Source of the DNA: Luteimonas sp.
GTDB taxonomy: Bacteria > Pseudomonadota > Gammaproteobacteria > Xanthomonadales > Xanthomonadaceae
Assembly (NCBI GenBank): GCA_036515815.1
Contig: DATBUS010000090.1
Span: 472-64,471 of the forward strand
Reading direction: 5' to 3'
Length of the DNA: 64,000 nt
Positions within the stretch are counted from its first letter, which is position 1; each line of letters begins with the position of its first letter. Under the pieces are notes generated by a model. It was not told the DNA's origin. It was given only the letters and a program-made list of their open reading frames with translations, and made no database searches. Of this stretch, positions 50,330 through 63,094 are shown piece after piece. The position numbers and the translations under genes are program-made.

Positions 50330-51649
50330 ATGGTTCCCCGCCCGAACGCCCTGGCGCTGACTCCGCTGCTCCTGTTCCTGCTGCTCTTCTTCGGCAGCGG
50401 CCTGTACTTCACGCTGCAGGGCGAGGAGATGGGCTTCTACCAGCTGCGCGCGCCGGTCGCGATCCTGCCGGCGCTCGCCCTGGCGGCCTGGGTCGCACAC
50501 CGCCGCGGCATCCGCGCCGGCGACGTGCTGCTGCGTGGCATGGGCGACCCGAACATCATGACGATGTGCCTGATCTTCCTGCTGGCGGGCGCCTTCGCCT
50601 ATGTCTCGCAGGCCATCGGTGCGGTCGACGCGGTGGTGTCGCTGGGCATCGGCGCGGTCCCGCCGGCGCTGCTGCTGCCGGGTCTGTTCGTGGTGGCTTC
50701 GCTGATCTCGCTGGCGATCGGCACCTCGATGGGCACGATCGCGGCGGTCGTGCCGATCGCCTTGGGGGTGGCCGATGCGTCGGGCCTGGACCGTGCGCTC
50801 GTGCTTGGCTCGGTGATCGGCGGTGCGATGTTCGGCGACAACCTCTCCGTGATCTCCGACACCACCATCGCCGCGACCCGCAGCCAGGGCGCGCAGATGC
50901 GCGACAAGTTCCGCGAGAACTTGCGCATCGCGCTGCCAGCGGCGCTACTGACCATCGTCGTGCTAGCGTTCCTGGGCGATCCGGCCCCGGTGACGAGCGA
51001 CGAATCGGCATCGGCCTGGTTGGTGCTGCCCTATGTGCTGGTTCTGGCCCTGGCGCTCAGCGGCCTGGACGTGATCCTGGTGCTTGGAATCGGACTCGCG
51101 CTCGCAGGCGTCTTCGGCATCCTGCTGGCGCCCGGCTATGGGCTGGTGCACCTGGCCGGCGACATCTGGACCGGGTTCGAGGGCATGACCGAGATCCTCC
51201 TGCTGTCGCTGCTGATCGGCGCGGTGGGTGCGTTGATGAAGGCCGCGGGGGGCCTGGAGTGGCTCGCACGGGCGATCGCACGCTTCGCACGTGGCCGGAC
51301 CGGCCCGCGTGCCGGTGAGTTCAGCATCGCCGCGCTGTCGTCGGCCGCCGACGTGTTCACTGCGAACAACACCGTGGCGATCCTGGTCAGCGGCGAGGTC
51401 GCCCGTGACATCGCGGCACGCCATGGCATCAGCCCGCGGCGCGCTGCGAGCGTGCTCGACATCTTCGCCTGCGTGCCGCAGGGCGTGCTGCCCTACGGCG
51501 CGCAGATCCTGCTCGCCGCGGGTCTCGCTTCGGTCTCGCCCCTCGCGCTGTCGGGCAGCGTCTTCTACTGCTGGATCCTGGCCGCGGTGGCCGCGATCTT
51601 CATGGCTTGGCCGCGGCGCGAAAAGGTGCCGGCGCCCCGCTCGGCATAG
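50330..51649 (+). CDS. Na+/H+ antiporter NhaC-family transporter
   Basis: ~11-12 TMs; SLAIGTSMGT, GGAMFGDNLSVISDTTI, DIFAC...PYGAQ. Confidence 0.88.
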   Translation: MVPRPNALALTPLLLFLLLFFGSGLYFTLQGEEMGFYQLRAPVAILPALALAAWVAHRRGIRAGDVLLRGMGDPNIMTMCLIFLLAGAFAYVSQAIGAVDAVVSLGIGAVPPALLLPGLFVVASLISLAIGTSMGTIAAVVPIALGVADASGLDRALVLGSVIGGAMFGDNLSVISDTTIAATRSQGAQMRDKFRENLRIALPAALLTIVVLAFLGDPAPVTSDESASAWLVLPYVLVLALALSGLDVILVLGIGLALAGVFGILLAPGYGLVHLAGDIWTGFEGMTEILLLSLLIGAVGALMKAAGGLEWLARAIARFARGRTGPRAGEFSIAALSSAADVFTANNTVAILVSGEVARDIAARHGISPRRAASVLDIFACVPQGVLPYGAQILLAAGLASVSPLALSGSVFYCWILAAVAAIFMAWPRREKVPAPRSA

Positions 51650-51672
51650 CTCCGCGGAGACGCGTTGGCAGG

Positions 51673-51697
51673 AAAAAGGCGCCCCGTGGGGCGCCTT
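51673..51697. terminator. Terminator between convergent NhaC and BI-1 genes
   Basis: AAAAAGGCGCCCC-GT-GGGGCGCCTT. Confidence 0.7.
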
Positions 51698-51724
51698 CCA
51701 TGGTGCGCGAGGCCGCCGCGCTGC

Positions 51725-52486
51725 TCAGTCGCGGGAGTTCAGCTTCGCCAGCAGGCGCAGGAACTCGACGTACAGCCAGACCAGGGTGACCATCAGGCCG
51801 AAGGCGCCGTACCACTCCATGTACTTCGGCGCGCCACGCTCGGCACCGGTCTCGATGAAGTCGAAGTCCAGCACCAGGTTAAGCGCCGCGATCACGATGA
51901 CAAACAGGCTGAAGCCGATGCCGACGATGCCGTTGTCGTGGATCATCGGGATGTTGATCCCGAAGAAGCCCAGCACGATGGTGGCCAGATAGACCAGCGC
52001 GATACCGCCGGTGGCCGCGACCACGCCGAGCTTGAAGTTCTCGGTGGCGCGCACCCAGCCCGAGCGATAGGCGAAGAGCAGGGCGAACAGCGTACCGAAG
52101 GTCAGCATCACCGCCTGCAGCACGATGCCTTCGTACATGTGGCTGTAGAGGGCCGAGATCGCGCCCAGGAAGAAGCCTTCCACCAGTGCGTACATCGGCG
52201 CGGTGACGGGTGCCCATTCCTTCTTGAACACCGTCACCAGCGCCAGGACGAAGCCGCCGATGGCGCCGCCCCACATGTAGATGGAGAAACCGGGCGCGAT
52301 TTCGCCGCCCGGCGTGAAGGCCCGGCTCCAGGCGAAGGCCGCGGTCAGTACGGTGAGCAGGAGCAGGAAAGCGGTCTTGTTGACCGTGCCATTGATGGTC
52401 ATCGTCCCGGCGTCGCGGGACACGACCGTGCCGCTGCCGAGATCGAGGAACGTGGAGTCCGACAGGACCGGATTGCCGCTGCGCAT
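51725..52486 (-). CDS. Bax inhibitor-1/YccA family membrane protein
   Basis: MRSGNPVL, MTINGTVNKT, ~7 TMs, LVLDFDFIE, WLYVEFLRLL. Confidence 0.9.
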   Translation of the reverse strand: MRSGNPVLSDSTFLDLGSGTVVSRDAGTMTINGTVNKTAFLLLLTVLTAAFAWSRAFTPGGEIAPGFSIYMWGGAIGGFVLALVTVFKKEWAPVTAPMYALVEGFFLGAISALYSHMYEGIVLQAVMLTFGTLFALLFAYRSGWVRATENFKLGVVAATGGIALVYLATIVLGFFGINIPMIHDNGIVGIGFSLFVIVIAALNLVLDFDFIETGAERGAPKYMEWYGAFGLMVTLVWLYVEFLRLLAKLNSRD

Positions 52487-52564
52487 GGAGCCCCCCAAGG
52501 GTCAGATGAATGGTGCCAGGCCGGGAGGATACACGGCGGCGGCTGACGGGCGCGTGCCCGGCGA

Positions 52565-52649
<85 letters not shown>

Positions 52650-52683
52650 GTTGGGACCGGAGCGCGGTCGCCGGGGTCCGGAC

Positions 52684-52710
52684 AAAAAAACGCCCGGCAG
52701 GGCCGGGCGC
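52684..52710 (-). terminator. Intrinsic terminator after tRNA-Lys
   Basis: Minus strand GCGCCCGGC-CCT-GCCGGGCG followed by TTTTTTT. Confidence 0.8.
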
Positions 52711-52718
52711 TTCGGGTC

Positions 52719-52794
52719 TGGTGGGCCGTCAAGGATTCGAACCTTGGACCTATTGATTAAGAGTCAACTGCTCTACCAACTGAGCTAACGGCCC
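52719..52794 (-). tRNA. tRNA-Lys(CTT)
   Basis: GGGCCGTTAGCTCAG...GTTGA-CTCTTAA-TCAAT...CCA. Confidence 0.96.
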
Positions 52795-52861
52795 CGAGCG
52801 GGAAATCCTACCAAACCGATGGCGCTTCGATCAACACCCGCGCGCCATCTGGCGGAAAAAC

Positions 52862-52939
<78 letters not shown>

Positions 52940-53027
52940 ATAGCCCCCCCGGATCACGCCGGTGGGCCGGCCATTGTAGCGCGGTCATCGAAGAAGAGGA
53001 AAGTCCGAGCTGCGAGGCATTGGTCGC

Positions 53028-53104
53028 TGGCGCGCCCGGCAGGACTCGAACCTGCAACCACCGGCTTAGAAGGCCGGTGCTCTATCCGGTTGAGCTACGG
53101 GCGC
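53028..53104 (-). tRNA. tRNA-Arg(TCT)
   Basis: GCGCCCGTAGCTCAA...CCGGC-CTTCTAA-GCCGG...CCA. Confidence 0.96.
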
Positions 53105-53109
53105 GGGAG

Positions 53110-53186
53110 TGGTCGGGGTAGAGGGATTCGAACCCCCGACATCCTGCTCCCAAAGCAGGCGCGCTACCAGACTGCGCTATACCCCG
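53110..53186 (-). tRNA. tRNA-Pro(TGG)
   Basis: CGGGGTATAGCGCAG...CCTGC-TTTGGGA-GCAGG...CCA. Confidence 0.96.
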
Positions 53187-53227
53187 ACTGAAGCGGCCCC
53201 GGCCCTCTGCAGGGCAGGCCGCAGGGC

Positions 53228-53256
53228 ATTGTCGGGAGGGGTCCGGGTGCTGTCAA
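53228..53256 (-). promoter_or_regulatory. Sigma70 promoter of the tRNA cluster
   Basis: Minus strand TTGACA, 17 nt spacer, GACAAT, then GC-rich discriminator. Confidence 0.8.
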
Positions 53257-53388
53257 CGCGCGGCGCTGGCGGCAGCGGCCCGATTCCGCCAAAATATCCC
53301 GTTCCGTCGCCGGACGCGGGCACTGCCCGGCTGCCGGCCAACCAGACAACCAATGCCCGCGGCGGTCGCCGCGGCGGCAGGAGTGGGT

Positions 53389-54687
53389 ATGCAAGTTTCA
53401 GTCGAGACCGTCGGCAACCTCGGGCGCAGGATGACCATCAACCTGCCGGCAGACCGGCTGCAGGACCAGGTGGGCGGCCGCCTTCGCGAGATGGCGCGCA
53501 CCGCCCGCATCAAGGGTTTCCGTCCGGGCAGGGTGCCGCCGAAGGTGATCGAGCAGCGCTTCGGCCAGCAGGTCCGCGGCGAGGTCCTCGACGGCCTGCT
53601 GCGCGAAGGCTTCGACAGCGCGGTGCGTGACAACGCGCTGCGCATCGCCGGCCAGCCGAAGATCGAGCCCGCCGAGGGCGAGGAGCTGTCCTACATCGCG
53701 ACCTTCGAAGTGGTGCCCGACTTCGGCGACATCGATGTCTCCGGCCTCAAGGTCGAGCGCGCGGTGGCCGAGGTGACCGAGGAAGACATCGACCGGATGA
53801 TCGAGAACCTGCGCCAGCAGCGCCGCAGCTGGTCGGCGGTGACGCGGCCCGCGAAGGAAGGCGATGCGGTCGACATCGAGACCTGGTCGGAAGTGGACGG
53901 CGAGCGCCTGCCCGCCGAGGGCGTCGAGCGCGGCGTCTCGGTGATCGGCTCCGGCAACATGCTGCCCGACATCGAGCAGGCCCTGGTTGGCATGTCCACC
54001 GGCGACGAGAAGGACGTCGAGGTCGCTTTCCCGGCTGACTGGCGCGTGCCCCAGCTCGCCGGGAAGACCGCGAAGGTGCACCTGAAGGCGGAGCAGGTCT
54101 CCGAGGCCGTGCTGCCCGAGGCCGATGCCGCGTTCATCCGCAGCTTCGGTGTCAAGAGCGGCGAGATGGAGCAGTTCCGCGCCGACATCCGCACCAACCT
54201 CGAGCGCGAACTGAAGGGCGCGCTGATGAACCGCCTGCGCCGCGCCGTCGGTGAGCAGCTGGTCGAGGCCTATGCCGGCGTTGAACTGCCGCCTAACCTG
54301 GTCGAGCAGGAAGCCCGCGCGCTGGTGGCGCAGGTCGCCGAGCAGAACCGCCGCCAGGGCCGCCCGTCGCAGCCCCCGGCCAACGCCCACGAGAACTTCA
54401 TGGAGCCGGCGCGCAAGCGCGTGCTGGTCGGCCTGCTGGTGGGCGAGGTCGCCCGGAAGCACCAGCTGGTGCTGGACCGCAAGCGCCTGGACGAGACCCT
54501 GCGCCTGATCGCCTCCACCTACGAGGAGCCGCAGCAGGTCATTGACTTGTACCGGAACGATCCCCAGCTTATGGGTGGACTGCAGAACCGGGTGATGGAG
54601 GAGCAGGTGATCGACTGGATCGCCGAGCGCGCCGAGCACACCGACAAGCAGCTGACCTTCCAGGAGGCGATCGCGCCGCAGGCGTGA
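53389..54687 (+). CDS. tig: Trigger factor
   Basis: [21 protein letters not shown]-like domain (FPADW), C-terminal domain; SD AGGAG. Confidence 0.98.
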   Translation: MQVSVETVGNLGRRMTINLPADRLQDQVGGRLREMARTARIKGFRPGRVPPKVIEQRFGQQVRGEVLDGLLREGFDSAVRDNALRIAGQPKIEPAEGEELSYIATFEVVPDFGDIDVSGLKVERAVAEVTEEDIDRMIENLRQQRRSWSAVTRPAKEGDAVDIETWSEVDGERLPAEGVERGVSVIGSGNMLPDIEQALVGMSTGDEKDVEVAFPADWRVPQLAGKTAKVHLKAEQVSEAVLPEADAAFIRSFGVKSGEMEQFRADIRTNLERELKGALMNRLRRAVGEQLVEAYAGVELPPNLVEQEARALVAQVAEQNRRQGRPSQPPANAHENFMEPARKRVLVGLLVGEVARKHQLVLDRKRLDETLRLIASTYEEPQQVIDLYRNDPQLMGGLQNRVMEEQVIDWIAERAEHTDKQLTFQEAIAPQA

Positions 54688-54710
54688 CGCCCCGTCGACA
54701 CAGGATTGAA

Positions 54711-55337
54711 ATGAGCATCCAGACCAAGGCCCTCAACCTCGTTCCGATGGTGGTCGAGCAGACCAGCCGCGGCGAGCGCGCGTACGACATCTATTCGCGC
54801 CTGCTGAAGGAGCGGGTGATCTTCCTGGTCGGGCCGATCGACGACCACGTGGCCAATGTGATCGTGGCCCAGATGCTCTTCCTCGAGGCGGAGAACCCCG
54901 AGAAGGACATCAACCTGTACATCAACTCGCCCGGCGGTATCGTCACCGCCGGCATGGCGATCTACGACACCATGCAGTTCATCCGGCCCGACGTCAGCAC
55001 CATCTGCGTCGGCCAGGCCGCCAGCATGGGCGCGCTGCTGCTGGCCGCGGGCGCGGCAGGCAAGCGCTACGCCCTGCCGAACTCGCGGGTGATGATCCAC
55101 CAGCCCCTGGGCGGCTTCCAGGGCCAGGCCACGGACATCGACATCCACGCCCGCGAGATCCTGTCGATGAAGCAGCGCCTGAACGAGATCCTGTCGCGCC
55201 ACACCGGCCAGTCGATCGAGACGATCGCGACCGACACCGAGCGCGACAACTTCAAGAGCGCCGAGGCCGCGCGCGACTACGGCCTGGTCGACCAGGTGCT
55301 CGAGCGCCGCCCCGAAGAGTCGATCCAGCCCGCCTGA
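54711..55337 (+). CDS. clpP: ATP-dependent Clp protease proteolytic subunit
   Basis: [29 protein letters not shown]. Confidence 0.99.
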   Translation: MSIQTKALNLVPMVVEQTSRGERAYDIYSRLLKERVIFLVGPIDDHVANVIVAQMLFLEAENPEKDINLYINSPGGIVTAGMAIYDTMQFIRPDVSTICVGQAASMGALLLAAGAAGKRYALPNSRVMIHQPLGGFQGQATDIDIHAREILSMKQRLNEILSRHTGQSIETIATDTERDNFKSAEAARDYGLVDQVLERRPEESIQPA

Positions 55338-55461
55338 CGGGCGGGCCGGACCAGCGTCACAGGCCGCGGGACCCCCCGCGGACGCCCGCCCCGCTGCGCT
55401 TGCGGCCCGGGGCCCGGGTGCTATTCTCGACGTTCACCCCGTTTCACCGATTGGCGAAGGC

Positions 55462-56751
55462 ATGACCGAAGACAGACAGGGCCGTTCCGGCGACAGCAGC
55501 AAGATCCTCTACTGCTCGTTCTGCGGGAAGAGCCAGCACGAGGTCCGCAAGCTGATCGCGGGCCCGAGCGTGTTCATCTGCGATGAATGCGTGGAACTGT
55601 GCAACGACATCATCCGCGAGGAACTCGAGGAGAAGGCGCAGAGTGCGCGCAGCTCGCTGCCCAAGCCGAAGGAGATCCTCGAGGTCCTCGACCAGTACGT
55701 GATCGGTCAGCAGCGGGCCAAGAAGACGCTTGCCGTGGCGGTGTACAACCACTACAAGCGCATCGAAAGCCGGCAGAAGAACGACGAGGTCGAGCTCGCC
55801 AAGTCCAATATCCTCCTGGTCGGCCCCACCGGCTCGGGCAAGACACTGCTGGCCGAGACGCTGGCTCGCATGTTGAACGTGCCGTTCACCATGGCCGATG
55901 CCACGACGCTGACCGAGGCCGGCTACGTCGGCGAGGATGTCGAGAACATCATCCAGAAGCTGCTGCAGAAGTGCGACTACGACGTCGAGAAGGCGCAGCA
56001 GGGCATCGTCTACATCGACGAGATCGACAAGATCTCGCGCAAGAGCGAGAACCCGTCGATCACCCGCGACGTGTCCGGCGAAGGCGTGCAGCAGGCGCTG
56101 CTGAAGCTGATCGAAGGCACCGTGGCCAGCGTGCCGCCGCAGGGCGGGCGCAAGCATCCGCAGCAGGAATTCCTGCAGGTCGACACGCGCAACATCCTGT
56201 TCATCGTGGGCGGCGCGTTCGCGGGCCTGGACAAGATCATCCAGCAGCGCTCCACCGAAGCGGGCGGCATCGGCTTCGGCGCCAAGCTGAAGAGCTCCGA
56301 GCGCAAGGCCGAGGTCGGCAAGGTGCTGGCGGACGTCGAGCCGGAGGACCTGATCAAGTTCGGGCTGATTCCGGAGTTCGTGGGCCGCCTGCCGGTGGTG
56401 GCGACGCTCGAGGAACTGGACGAGGCCGCCCTGGTCAAGATCCTGTCCGAGCCGAAGAACGCCATCACCAAGCAGTTCCGCAAGCTCTTTGAGATGGAAG
56501 GCGTGGACCTCGAGTTCCGCCCCGACGCGCTCTCGGCGATTGCGCGCAAGGCGCTCAAGCGCAAGACCGGCGCCCGCGGCCTGCGCACCATCGTCGAATC
56601 GGTGCTGCTGGACACAATGTATGACCTGCCCTCGCAGGAAAACGTCAGCAAGGTGGTGGTGGACGAGTCGGTGATCGAGCACAAGTCCGATCCCTACCTG
56701 ATCTACGAAACGCCGCCCGCGCCGCCTGCGAAGGCGGCATCGGGCGACTGA
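55462..56751 (+). CDS. clpX: Clp protease ATP-binding subunit
   Basis: Zinc finger CSFCGK...[34 protein letters not shown] loop, TGARGLR. Confidence 0.99.
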   Translation: MTEDRQGRSGDSSKILYCSFCGKSQHEVRKLIAGPSVFICDECVELCNDIIREELEEKAQSARSSLPKPKEILEVLDQYVIGQQRAKKTLAVAVYNHYKRIESRQKNDEVELAKSNILLVGPTGSGKTLLAETLARMLNVPFTMADATTLTEAGYVGEDVENIIQKLLQKCDYDVEKAQQGIVYIDEIDKISRKSENPSITRDVSGEGVQQALLKLIEGTVASVPPQGGRKHPQQEFLQVDTRNILFIVGGAFAGLDKIIQQRSTEAGGIGFGAKLKSSERKAEVGKVLADVEPEDLIKFGLIPEFVGRLPVVATLEELDEAALVKILSEPKNAITKQFRKLFEMEGVDLEFRPDALSAIARKALKRKTGARGLRTIVESVLLDTMYDLPSQENVSKVVVDESVIEHKSDPYLIYETPPAPPAKAASGD

Positions 56752-56894
56752 CGCGCCCACGCGGGGCCGCGGCTGCGGCTCCCGCGGCATCTCTTCGCGT
56801 GAGCCCTTTCCGGTGCGCGGCCTTGCCGCGCCAGGGGCCGCTCGTTCCTGAACGCCACCCTCGCGCGGTGCCCGGAAAGGGCGCTTCGATGATG

Positions 56895-56923
56895 CTTGCA
56901 TCACCCCCGGGCGGGCCCCATAA
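56895..56923 (+). promoter_or_regulatory. Sigma32 (RpoH)-type heat-shock promoter of lon
   Basis: CTTGCA, 15 nt spacer, CCCCATAA; matches the CTTGAA-N13-17-CCCCATNT consensus. Confidence 0.7.
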
Positions 56924-56968
56924 CAGGGTCCATGCGGTGCCCTGCCGCCCGCCATCCCAGGAGTCCCG

Positions 56969-59395
<2,427 letters not shown>

Positions 59396-59413
59396 CGGCG
59401 CGCACGCTTTCTG

Positions 59414-59442
59414 TTGCGTGGGTGCGGGCGCGCTGGTATAAA
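59414..59442 (+). promoter_or_regulatory. Sigma70 promoter of HU gene
   Basis: TTGCGT, 17 nt spacer, TATAAA. Confidence 0.6.
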
Positions 59443-59559
59443 GTCGCGCTCGCATCGACGGCTTCGCGCCGCACGCGATCCCGGAGCCGCCGGCGGCATG
59501 ACCGCCCGCAGGCCCGCCACCAAACGAGCGGCCACGTGCTGCGCAGGAGCACCGAATAG

Positions 59560-59832
59560 ATGAACAAGAATGATCTGGTCCAGGCCGTTGCCGACGAGGC
59601 CAACCTGTCCAAGGCCGATGCCGCGCGCGCTGTCGACGCGGTGCTGTCGTCCGTGGGCAAGGCGCTGAAGCAGGGCGATTCCGTTGCCCTGGTCGGCTTC
59701 GGTACCTTCCAGGTCAAGGAGCGCGCCGCGCGCACGGGCCGCAATCCGCGCACCGGCGAAGAGATCGCGATCGCCGCTTCGAAAAATCCTGTCTTCAAGG
59801 CTGGCAAAGCTCTGAAAGATGCAGTAAACTAA
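59560..59832 (+). CDS. hupB: DNA-binding protein HU
   Basis: MNKNDL...VGFGTF...[12 protein letters not shown]...[14 protein letters not shown]; lon-hupB-ppiD synteny. Confidence 0.95.
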   Translation: MNKNDLVQAVADEANLSKADAARAVDAVLSSVGKALKQGDSVALVGFGTFQVKERAARTGRNPRTGEEIAIAASKNPVFKAGKALKDAVN

Positions 59833-59844
59833 GCAGCTCCGCTA

Positions 59845-59919
59845 GGGTGCTTAGCTCAGCGGTAGAGCGTCTCCCTTACAAGGAGAGGGTCGGGGGTTCG
59901 ATCCCCTCAGCACCCACCA
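59845..59919 (+). tRNA. tRNA-Val(TAC)
   Basis: GGGTGCTTAGCTCAG...TCTCC-CTTACAA-GGAGA...CACCCACCA. Confidence 0.96.
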
Positions 59920-59954
59920 GCAGGGTCTGACGTTCGCAACAGGTTCGACAACGC

Positions 59955-60031
59955 GGAGTGGTAGTTCAGTTGGTTAGAATGCTGGCCTGTCACGCCGGAG
60001 GTCGCGGGTTCGAGTCCCGTCCACTCCGCCA
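59955..60031 (+). tRNA. tRNA-Asp(GTC)
   Basis: GGAGTGGTAGTTCAG...CTGGC-CTGTCAC-GCCGG...CTCCGCCA. Confidence 0.96.
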
Positions 60032-60042
60032 GTCACACCAGG

Positions 60043-60074
60043 AAGGCGCCCGAAAGGGCGCCTTTCTTCTTTTT
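60043..60074 (+). terminator. Intrinsic terminator after tRNA-Asp
   Basis: AAGGCGCCC-GAAA-GGGCGCCTT followed by TCTTCTTTTT. Confidence 0.85.
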
Positions 60075-60142
60075 CGGCCTGCCGGGCCGCGCGATGCGGG
60101 CATGCGCTAAACTGCGCGGCTACGTCCAACGCGTGCCCAGAC

Positions 60143-62122
60143 ATGCTGCAAGCTCTTCGAGAAAAGACCTCCGGCTGGATTGCCGTGGTGATCGTCATCC
60201 TGCTGGCGATCCCGTTCGCCTTCTTCGGCATGGAGCAGTATCTGTTCCAGAGCGGGGCGAACTATGCGGCAAAGGTCGAGGCACCCCCGTCCTGGTGGCG
60301 TTCCGCGCCCGACGTCTGGCCGGTCCGCAAGGCGGTCTGGGTGTCGCGCGAGGTGTCGCCGGACGAGTTCCGTACCGAATTCGAGATCGCACGCCAGCAG
60401 GCGCGTGCGACCCAGGGCGATGCGTTCGATGCGCGCGCGTTCGAGCAGGTCGAGAACAAGCTCGCCGTACTCGACCAGCTCGTCGACCGCACGGTGCTCG
60501 GCCTTGCCGCCGAGAGCGCCGGCCTCGCCGTCGGTGACGAGCAGGTTCGCGAGGTGCTGCAGGCGATGCCGGAGTTCCAGGTCGAGGGGCGCTTCGATCC
60601 GCAGCGCTACCAGATGCTGTTGCAGTCGCGCGTGCCGGTGCAGACGCCGCGCGAACACCAGGAAGACCTCCGCGCCCGCCTGCAGATGCTGGTCCTGCCC
60701 AGGCGCGTCGCCGAGACCGCCTTCGCGACCGAAGGCCAGCTCGAACGCACGATGGAGTTGCTCGGCCAGCAGCGTGATGCGTCGGTGGCGATGCTGCCGG
60801 CACCGGAAGCCGACACCGCTGCCGTGTCGGCCGAGGACATCCAGGCCTGGTACGAGGCCCACCGCGCTGAATACCGCGCGCCGGAGCAGGTGACCATCGA
60901 GTACGTCGAGATCACCTCCGCCGCGGTGCCCGAGGGCCAGCCAGCCGACGAGGCGACCCTGCGCACGCGCTACGAACAGGAGAAGTCGCGCTTCGTCGAG
61001 CCGGACCAGCGGCTGGTGTCGCATATCCTCGTGCGCGTGCCCGAGGGGGCCGACGCCGCCGCGCGTGATGCCGCCAAAACCCGTGCCGATGCGATCGCCG
61101 CGAAGGCACGCGCCCCGGGTGCGGACTTCGCCGCCATTGCCAGCGCTGAATCGGACGACGAAGGTTCGAAGGCATCCGGCGGCGATCTGGGCTGGCTTGA
61201 ATCCGGGATCATGGGCGAGAGCTTCGACAACGCGGTGGCGGCCGTCGAACCCGGGGCGCCCAGCGAACCCGTGCTGACCGATTTCGGTTGGCACGTGCTG
61301 CTCGTGCGTGAAGTGCGCGAGGGCAAGGAGATCCCGTTCGAGGAGGCGCGCGAGGAGCTCGCCGCAGCGCAGGCGGTCACCGATGGCGAACTGGCCTTCA
61401 ACGACCTCATCGGCCGCCTGGTGGACCAGGTGTACCGCAACCCGGGTTCGCTGGCCCCCGCTGCGCGCGAGGCGGGCCTGCCCGTGCAGAAGGCGGGGCC
61501 GTTCACCCGCGGTGGTGGCGAAGGCATTGCCGCCAATCCGCTGGTGCAGCGCGCCGCTTTCTCCGACACCCTGGTCCAGGACGGCACGGTCAGCGATCCG
61601 ATCGAACTGGCGCCGAACCACAGCGTGCTGATCCGGGTCACCTCGCACGAGCCGGAGCGCGAGCGCCCACTCGCCGACGTGCGCGACGAGGTGGTCGCCG
61701 CAGTCCGTGCGGACCGCGCCAGCAAGGCACTTCTGGCCCAGGCGGACGCGGCCGTGGCCGAGGTCACCGGCGGCACGCCGCTGGCCGAGGTGGCCCGTGC
61801 GCGCGGCTGGATGTTCATGCCGATGCCGGCGACCCCGCGTGGCATGCCGATGCCGTCTGCGCAGGCCAACGAGGCGATCTTCTCCGCGCCGGCGCCTGCG
61901 GAGGGCAAGGTTTCGGCCGGCCGTGTGCTGCAGGACGACGGCAGCGTGGTGGTCTACGCCGTCGAGAAGGTGACGCCGGGCGATGCCGCGGCTGCCAGCG
62001 CCGAGGAGCGCGCGATGCTGCAGGGCCAGCTGGCACGGATGGCGGGCGACGAGGACACGATGGCGCTGATCCGCGCCCTGCGCCAGCGCATGCGCGTGAC
62101 CACGGTCGAAGCGCGGCTCTGA
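60143..62122 (+). CDS. ppiD: Membrane-anchored periplasmic chaperone / parvulin PPIase
   Basis: MLQALREK, N-terminal TM, SurA-like domain, SHILV...SDDEGSKASGGDLGW...FGWH; follows lon-hupB. Confidence 0.93.
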   Translation: MLQALREKTSGWIAVVIVILLAIPFAFFGMEQYLFQSGANYAAKVEAPPSWWRSAPDVWPVRKAVWVSREVSPDEFRTEFEIARQQARATQGDAFDARAFEQVENKLAVLDQLVDRTVLGLAAESAGLAVGDEQVREVLQAMPEFQVEGRFDPQRYQMLLQSRVPVQTPREHQEDLRARLQMLVLPRRVAETAFATEGQLERTMELLGQQRDASVAMLPAPEADTAAVSAEDIQAWYEAHRAEYRAPEQVTIEYVEITSAAVPEGQPADEATLRTRYEQEKSRFVEPDQRLVSHILVRVPEGADAAARDAAKTRADAIAAKARAPGADFAAIASAESDDEGSKASGGDLGWLESGIMGESFDNAVAAVEPGAPSEPVLTDFGWHVLLVREVREGKEIPFEEAREELAAAQAVTDGELAFNDLIGRLVDQVYRNPGSLAPAAREAGLPVQKAGPFTRGGGEGIAANPLVQRAAFSDTLVQDGTVSDPIELAPNHSVLIRVTSHEPERERPLADVRDEVVAAVRADRASKALLAQADAAVAEVTGGTPLAEVARARGWMFMPMPATPRGMPMPSAQANEAIFSAPAPAEGKVSAGRVLQDDGSVVVYAVEKVTPGDAAAASAEERAMLQGQLARMAGDEDTMALIRALRQRMRVTTVEARL

Positions 62123-62173
62123 CGGCGGCCTGTTCCGGGCGCGGTGACGGCCGCGCCCGGGTTCGCTGGACAT

Positions 62174-62203
62174 GAAGAAAGCCCGGCATTGCCGGGCTTC
62201 TTC
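62174..62203. terminator. Hairpin between convergent ppiD and fabI
   Basis: GAAGAAAGCCCGGC-ATT-GCCGGGCTTCTTC. Confidence 0.7.
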
Positions 62204-62249
62204 GCGTCTGGCCGCCGCGCATCCGCGCCGACGGCCCTGGGTGGAGGCC

Positions 62250-63065
62250 TCAGTCGGCCGCCGCTTCACCCGCCGGCTCTTCGAGCCCGGTCATGCTGAC
62301 GATGTTGTAGCCGGCATCGACATAGGTCACTTCGCCGGTGATGCCCGAGGCGAGGTCGGAGCCGAGGAACGCGGCGACATTGCCCACGTCCTCGATCGTC
62401 ACCGTGCGCCGCAACGGCGCATGCGACTCGACATGCCCCAGGATCCTGCGGAAGCCGCCGATGCCCGCGGCGGCGAGCGTCTTGATCGGCCCGGCCGAGA
62501 TCGCGTTGACGCGGATGCCCTCCGGGCCAAGGTTGTAGGCCAGGTAGCGCACGGTGGCCTCGAGGCTCGCCTTGGCCACGCCCATCACGTTGTAGCTGGG
62601 CAGCGTGCGCACGGCGCCGAGATAGGACAGCGTGAGGATCGACCCCTTGCGCCCCTGCATCAGCGGACGCGCGCCCTTGGCCAGGGCCGCGAGCGAATAG
62701 GCCGAGATGTCCTGCGCGGTCGAGAACGCCTCGCGCGAGAGGCCGTCCAGGAACTGCCCGGCGATCGCTTCGCGCGGCGCGAAGGCGATGGCGTGCACGA
62801 GGATGTCGAAGCCGTCTGGCCAGTGCCTGCCGAGATCGGCGAACAGGGCGTCGATCTGGGCGTCGTTGGTGACGTCCAGCGGGAACGAAGGACCACCGCC
62901 CAGGCGCGCGGCGACATCCTCGACCCGCGACTTCAGCTTGTCGTTCTGGTAGGTGAAGGCCAGTTCGGCGCCTTCGCGGTGCATCGCTTCGGCGATGCCA
63001 TTGGCGATGGAACGCTGGCTGGCGATGCCGGTGATCAGTGCACGCTTGCCCTGCAGGAATCCCAT
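62250..63065 (-). CDS. fabI: Enoyl-ACP reductase (NADH)
   Basis: [50 protein letters not shown]. Confidence 0.97.
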   Translation of the reverse strand: MGFLQGKRALITGIASQRSIANGIAEAMHREGAELAFTYQNDKLKSRVEDVAARLGGGPSFPLDVTNDAQIDALFADLGRHWPDGFDILVHAIAFAPREAIAGQFLDGLSREAFSTAQDISAYSLAALAKGARPLMQGRKGSILTLSYLGAVRTLPSYNVMGVAKASLEATVRYLAYNLGPEGIRVNAISAGPIKTLAAAGIGGFRRILGHVESHAPLRRTVTIEDVGNVAAFLGSDLASGITGEVTYVDAGYNIVSMTGLEEPAGEAAAD

Positions 63066-63094
63066 GGTGTGTTCGACCCGGTGGAGTGGGCCGG

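Noticed and set aside
52996-53011. GAGGAAAGTCCGAGCT, near-identical to the conserved 5' motif of RNase P RNA
   Set aside because: It lies in an 88-nt spacer between tRNA-His and tRNA-Arg on the opposite strand, leaving no room for a ~350-nt rnpB, and no 3' conserved motif is seen; treated as chance.
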